A stretch of 64,000 nt of DNA from Mobula hypostoma. Its lineage: Eukaryota. Under the pieces are notes generated by a model. That model ran no database searches. It was not told the DNA's origin and saw only the letters and a list, made by a program, of their open reading frames with translations. The stretch is from positions 230,208,001-230,272,000 of the forward strand of contig NC_086097.1 of the NCBI RefSeq assembly GCF_963921235.1. Reading direction: 5' to 3'. Both the position numbers and the translations under genes were made by a program. Positions 61,114-64,000 of the stretch are shown here, one piece after another (positions within the stretch are counted from its first letter, which is position 1; each line of letters opens with the position of its first letter).

Positions 61114-64000
61114 AAAGAAACATCACCAGTGATTTTATGGGATACATTGAAAGCTGTACTGAGAGGGAAAATTATTTCCATTACTACTCACATGAAAAAA
61201 ATCAATGCACAAAAATTAGCAGACCTTCAAGGAAAATTAAAACAACTTCAAATTGGAGATAGCAACAAAAGTAATTCAAATCGAAAACAGGAAATTAGGA
61301 AATTGCAAAGTGAAATTGATGATATTTATACGTTGGAAACTCAAAGAAATTTTCTTTACCTGAGACAAAAGAATTATGAAGTAGGAGGTAAATCAGCTAG
61401 ATTATTAGCATATAAGTTACGAAAACAACAAGCAGACAATACAATTCATAAAATAAAGAATCCAAAGACAAAGCTTGTGGAGAGTACAATAGGGAAAATT
61501 CAAGAGAGTTTTGAAACGTATTATCGAGAGCTGTACTCCCAACCCCGGGCCCCCAATGAGCCCTATATAGACAGTGTATTGAATTTTTTAGATCTACCTA
61601 AACTTACAGATTTACAAAATGAAAGTTTATTAGAACCAGTAACTGTCAAAGAACTGAACGTGGCCATCTCTAGGTTAAAGGCTGGAAAGTCCCCGGGTTC
61701 TGATGGGTTTACCTCAGAGTGGTACAAGTCCCTGAAGACACAGTTAGCCCCATTACTACTTAACACCTTTAATTGGATCTTGCAGAGAGGAGAAACTCCA
61801 CCTTCCTGGAGAGAAGCGATTATTTCAGTTATTCCTAAAGAGGGTAAAGATAAACTAGAATGTGGCAATTATCGGCCAATTAGTGTTCTTAATTTAGATT
61901 ACAAACTATTTACATCTATATTAGCGCGCAGATTGGAAAAGCTTTTACCTGGCCTAATCCATTTAGACCAGACTGGATTTATTCAACAAAGACAAACACA
62001 GGACAACATAAGGAGAACTCTGCACATAATTAGAACAGGTTAATAAGAACGAGACAGAGACAATGGTAGTAGGATTGGACGCTGAGAAAGCTTTTGATTC
62101 GGTTAGTTGGGCATTCCTATACAGAATGTTAGGAAGATTCGGCTTTCAAGAAAGGTTTATTAAAGTAATTCAGACTCTGTATGACAGCCCAACAGCCCGA
62201 ATTAAGATAAATGGGGACCTCTCTGACTCCTTCATTTTAGAGAGAGGCACTAGACAGGGATGCCCAATTTCTCCTCTCCTTTTTGCGCTATATATTGAAC
62301 CACTTGCCCAACTAATAGGACAGAGCGAAATCATAAAAGGTATCAAGGTGGCAGGGATTGAACAGAAAGTGGCGTTATTCGCAGATGATGTTTTGGTCTA
62401 TCTGAGTGAACCAGAAAAATCATTTATAGGATTGTTTACACTGTTGGATGACTTTGGGAAAATATCAGGTTATAAAATAAATGTAAAGAAAATGCAGGTT
62501 ATGTCCCTAAATTATACACCATCCAAAAAATTGCAGGATACATACGATCTTAAGTGGGAAGCTAAATCATTAAAATATTTAGGAATAACCCTGCCGAAGG
62601 ATCTTTCAACACTGTCACAGGTAAATTATGGGCCATTAATCTCAGAGATAAAAGCAGATATGCATAGATGGAATCTTATCCCCTTTTTAAGTTTAAATTC
62701 AAGGATAAATACTATAAAAATGAATATTCTTCCTCGGTTATTATATCTTTTCCGTACTTTACCAGTGGAGGTGGATGATAATCAATTCAGGGAATGGGAC
62801 AAATGGATTTCCCGCTTCATTTGGCAAGGAAGGAAACCTAGAATTCGATATAATACCTTACAGTTAGGGAAGGAAAGAGGAGGTATGGTTCTTCCTTGCC
62901 TGAGAAATTATTTTTATGCCTCACAGATAACCCCTCTGTTATATTGGTGTAATAGGGAATATAAGGCTAGATGGAAGGAAATAGAATTTGGATTAGTTGA
63001 CAGTTTTCCTCTTCAGGCCTCAATAGCTGACAAAGGATTGATGGCCCAGTTGGAAAAATTTAATAATGCTTGGATAAATCTTACATTAAAAGTATGGCAG
63101 AAGGTGGTTAATTCATGTGGAATTAATAACATGCTAAAACTCTTTAGATGGTGTGCATATGATACCGAATTCTTTCCCAACAGAGGAGATAAAAGATTTG
63201 AGCTATGGATAAAGAAAGGTCTTACAACCTACCTCTCATTTATAGATAAAGAGTATTACAAAGTTTCCAAATCCTGCAGGACAAACATGGCCTAGAACAT
63301 AATGACTTTTTTAGGTACCTTCAAATACGAAACTATGTTAACCAGAGTTGTAGATATACAGACCTATCAACAGTAGAATTAGAATTTTTCAAGATTCTGA
63401 ATTCGGCTTGCAGTTCAATACCTAGTAAATCAGTTTCTCGCCTATATAATGCACACTCCCATGCTAAAAATGTAAATACACTGTATATTAAAGAGAAGTG
63501 GGAGAAAGAAGCGGGGTTGGTACTTTCAGAGGAGGCTTGGGGGAAAATCTGCAGCTTTCAATGGTCCTCGACTAATTCTTTGACTTGGAGAGAACATTGT
63601 TGGAAAAACATTATAAGATACTTCAAGACCCCATATCAGGAAAAATATAAAGATACAAATGTGATGTGTTGGAGAAGGTGCGGCTCCAAGGAGGCGAATC
63701 ATTTTCATATTTTCTGGGATTGCCCTAAATTAAGTCTATATTGGGAAGGTATTCATAGAACATTAGTTAAGGTACTTAGGTCCCAGATACCTCTGAACTT
63801 TGAGACGCTCTATTTGGGGCATGTATTGTTCCTTGAACAGAAGGAAGATATAAAGTTGCTGCAGGCCCTCTTAGCGGCAAGTAAGAAATCAATCACTAGA
63901 AAATGGCTAAATCCAATACCACCTACATTAGAAGATTGGTACGAAATTATCTTGGAAATATTTAAAATGGAAAAGTTGACTTACTCCCTGAGAACTCAAA
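61114..64000 (+). mobile_element. L1-clade LINE ORF2 (RT plus CCHC), 5'-truncated, antisense in an EPB41L3 intron; runs off the window
   Basis: [58 protein letters not shown], and a zinc knuckle CWRRC...HIFWDC at 63667-63723. Only two 1-bp frameshifts (about 62028 and 63250). Confidence 0.93.

Overview
Eukaryotic (vertebrate) genomic DNA, not prokaryotic. The repeat complement (HE1/V-SINEs, abundant CR1 LINEs with TTCTATG-type tails, Rex1/Babar, Penelope-like elements) suggests a cartilaginous fish, probably a ray (inference). Two host genes lie on the minus strand in the same order and orientation I recall for human 18p11.31. ZBTB14 (ZFP161/ZF5; BTB + 5 C2H2 fingers) has a single coding exon at 13105-14430, a CpG-island promoter at about 19.6-20.9 kb and a 3' UTR to about 11.73 kb. 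The 3' end of EPB41L3 (band 4.1B/DAL-1) is present as two C-terminal-domain coding exons missed by the ORF track (60932-61012 and 60169-60285) plus a non-coding last exon (about 52040-53246). Almost everything else is nested transposon debris: CR1, Rex1, RTE, L1, Penelope, SINEs, MITEs and probable solo LTRs. The most notable non-obvious structures are a Penelope-borne minimal hammerhead ribozyme with decayed sister copies, a 1.27-kb near-identical inverted CR1 pair just past the ZBTB14 poly(A) site, an old local fold-back duplication split by later insertions, in-frame chimeric LINE junctions, and a near-intact L1 ORF2 about 100 bp from an EPB41L3 splice acceptor. I found no convincing evidence of a wholly new multi-gene system. 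Repeat boundaries are by-eye estimates unless a target-site duplication (TSD) is quoted.
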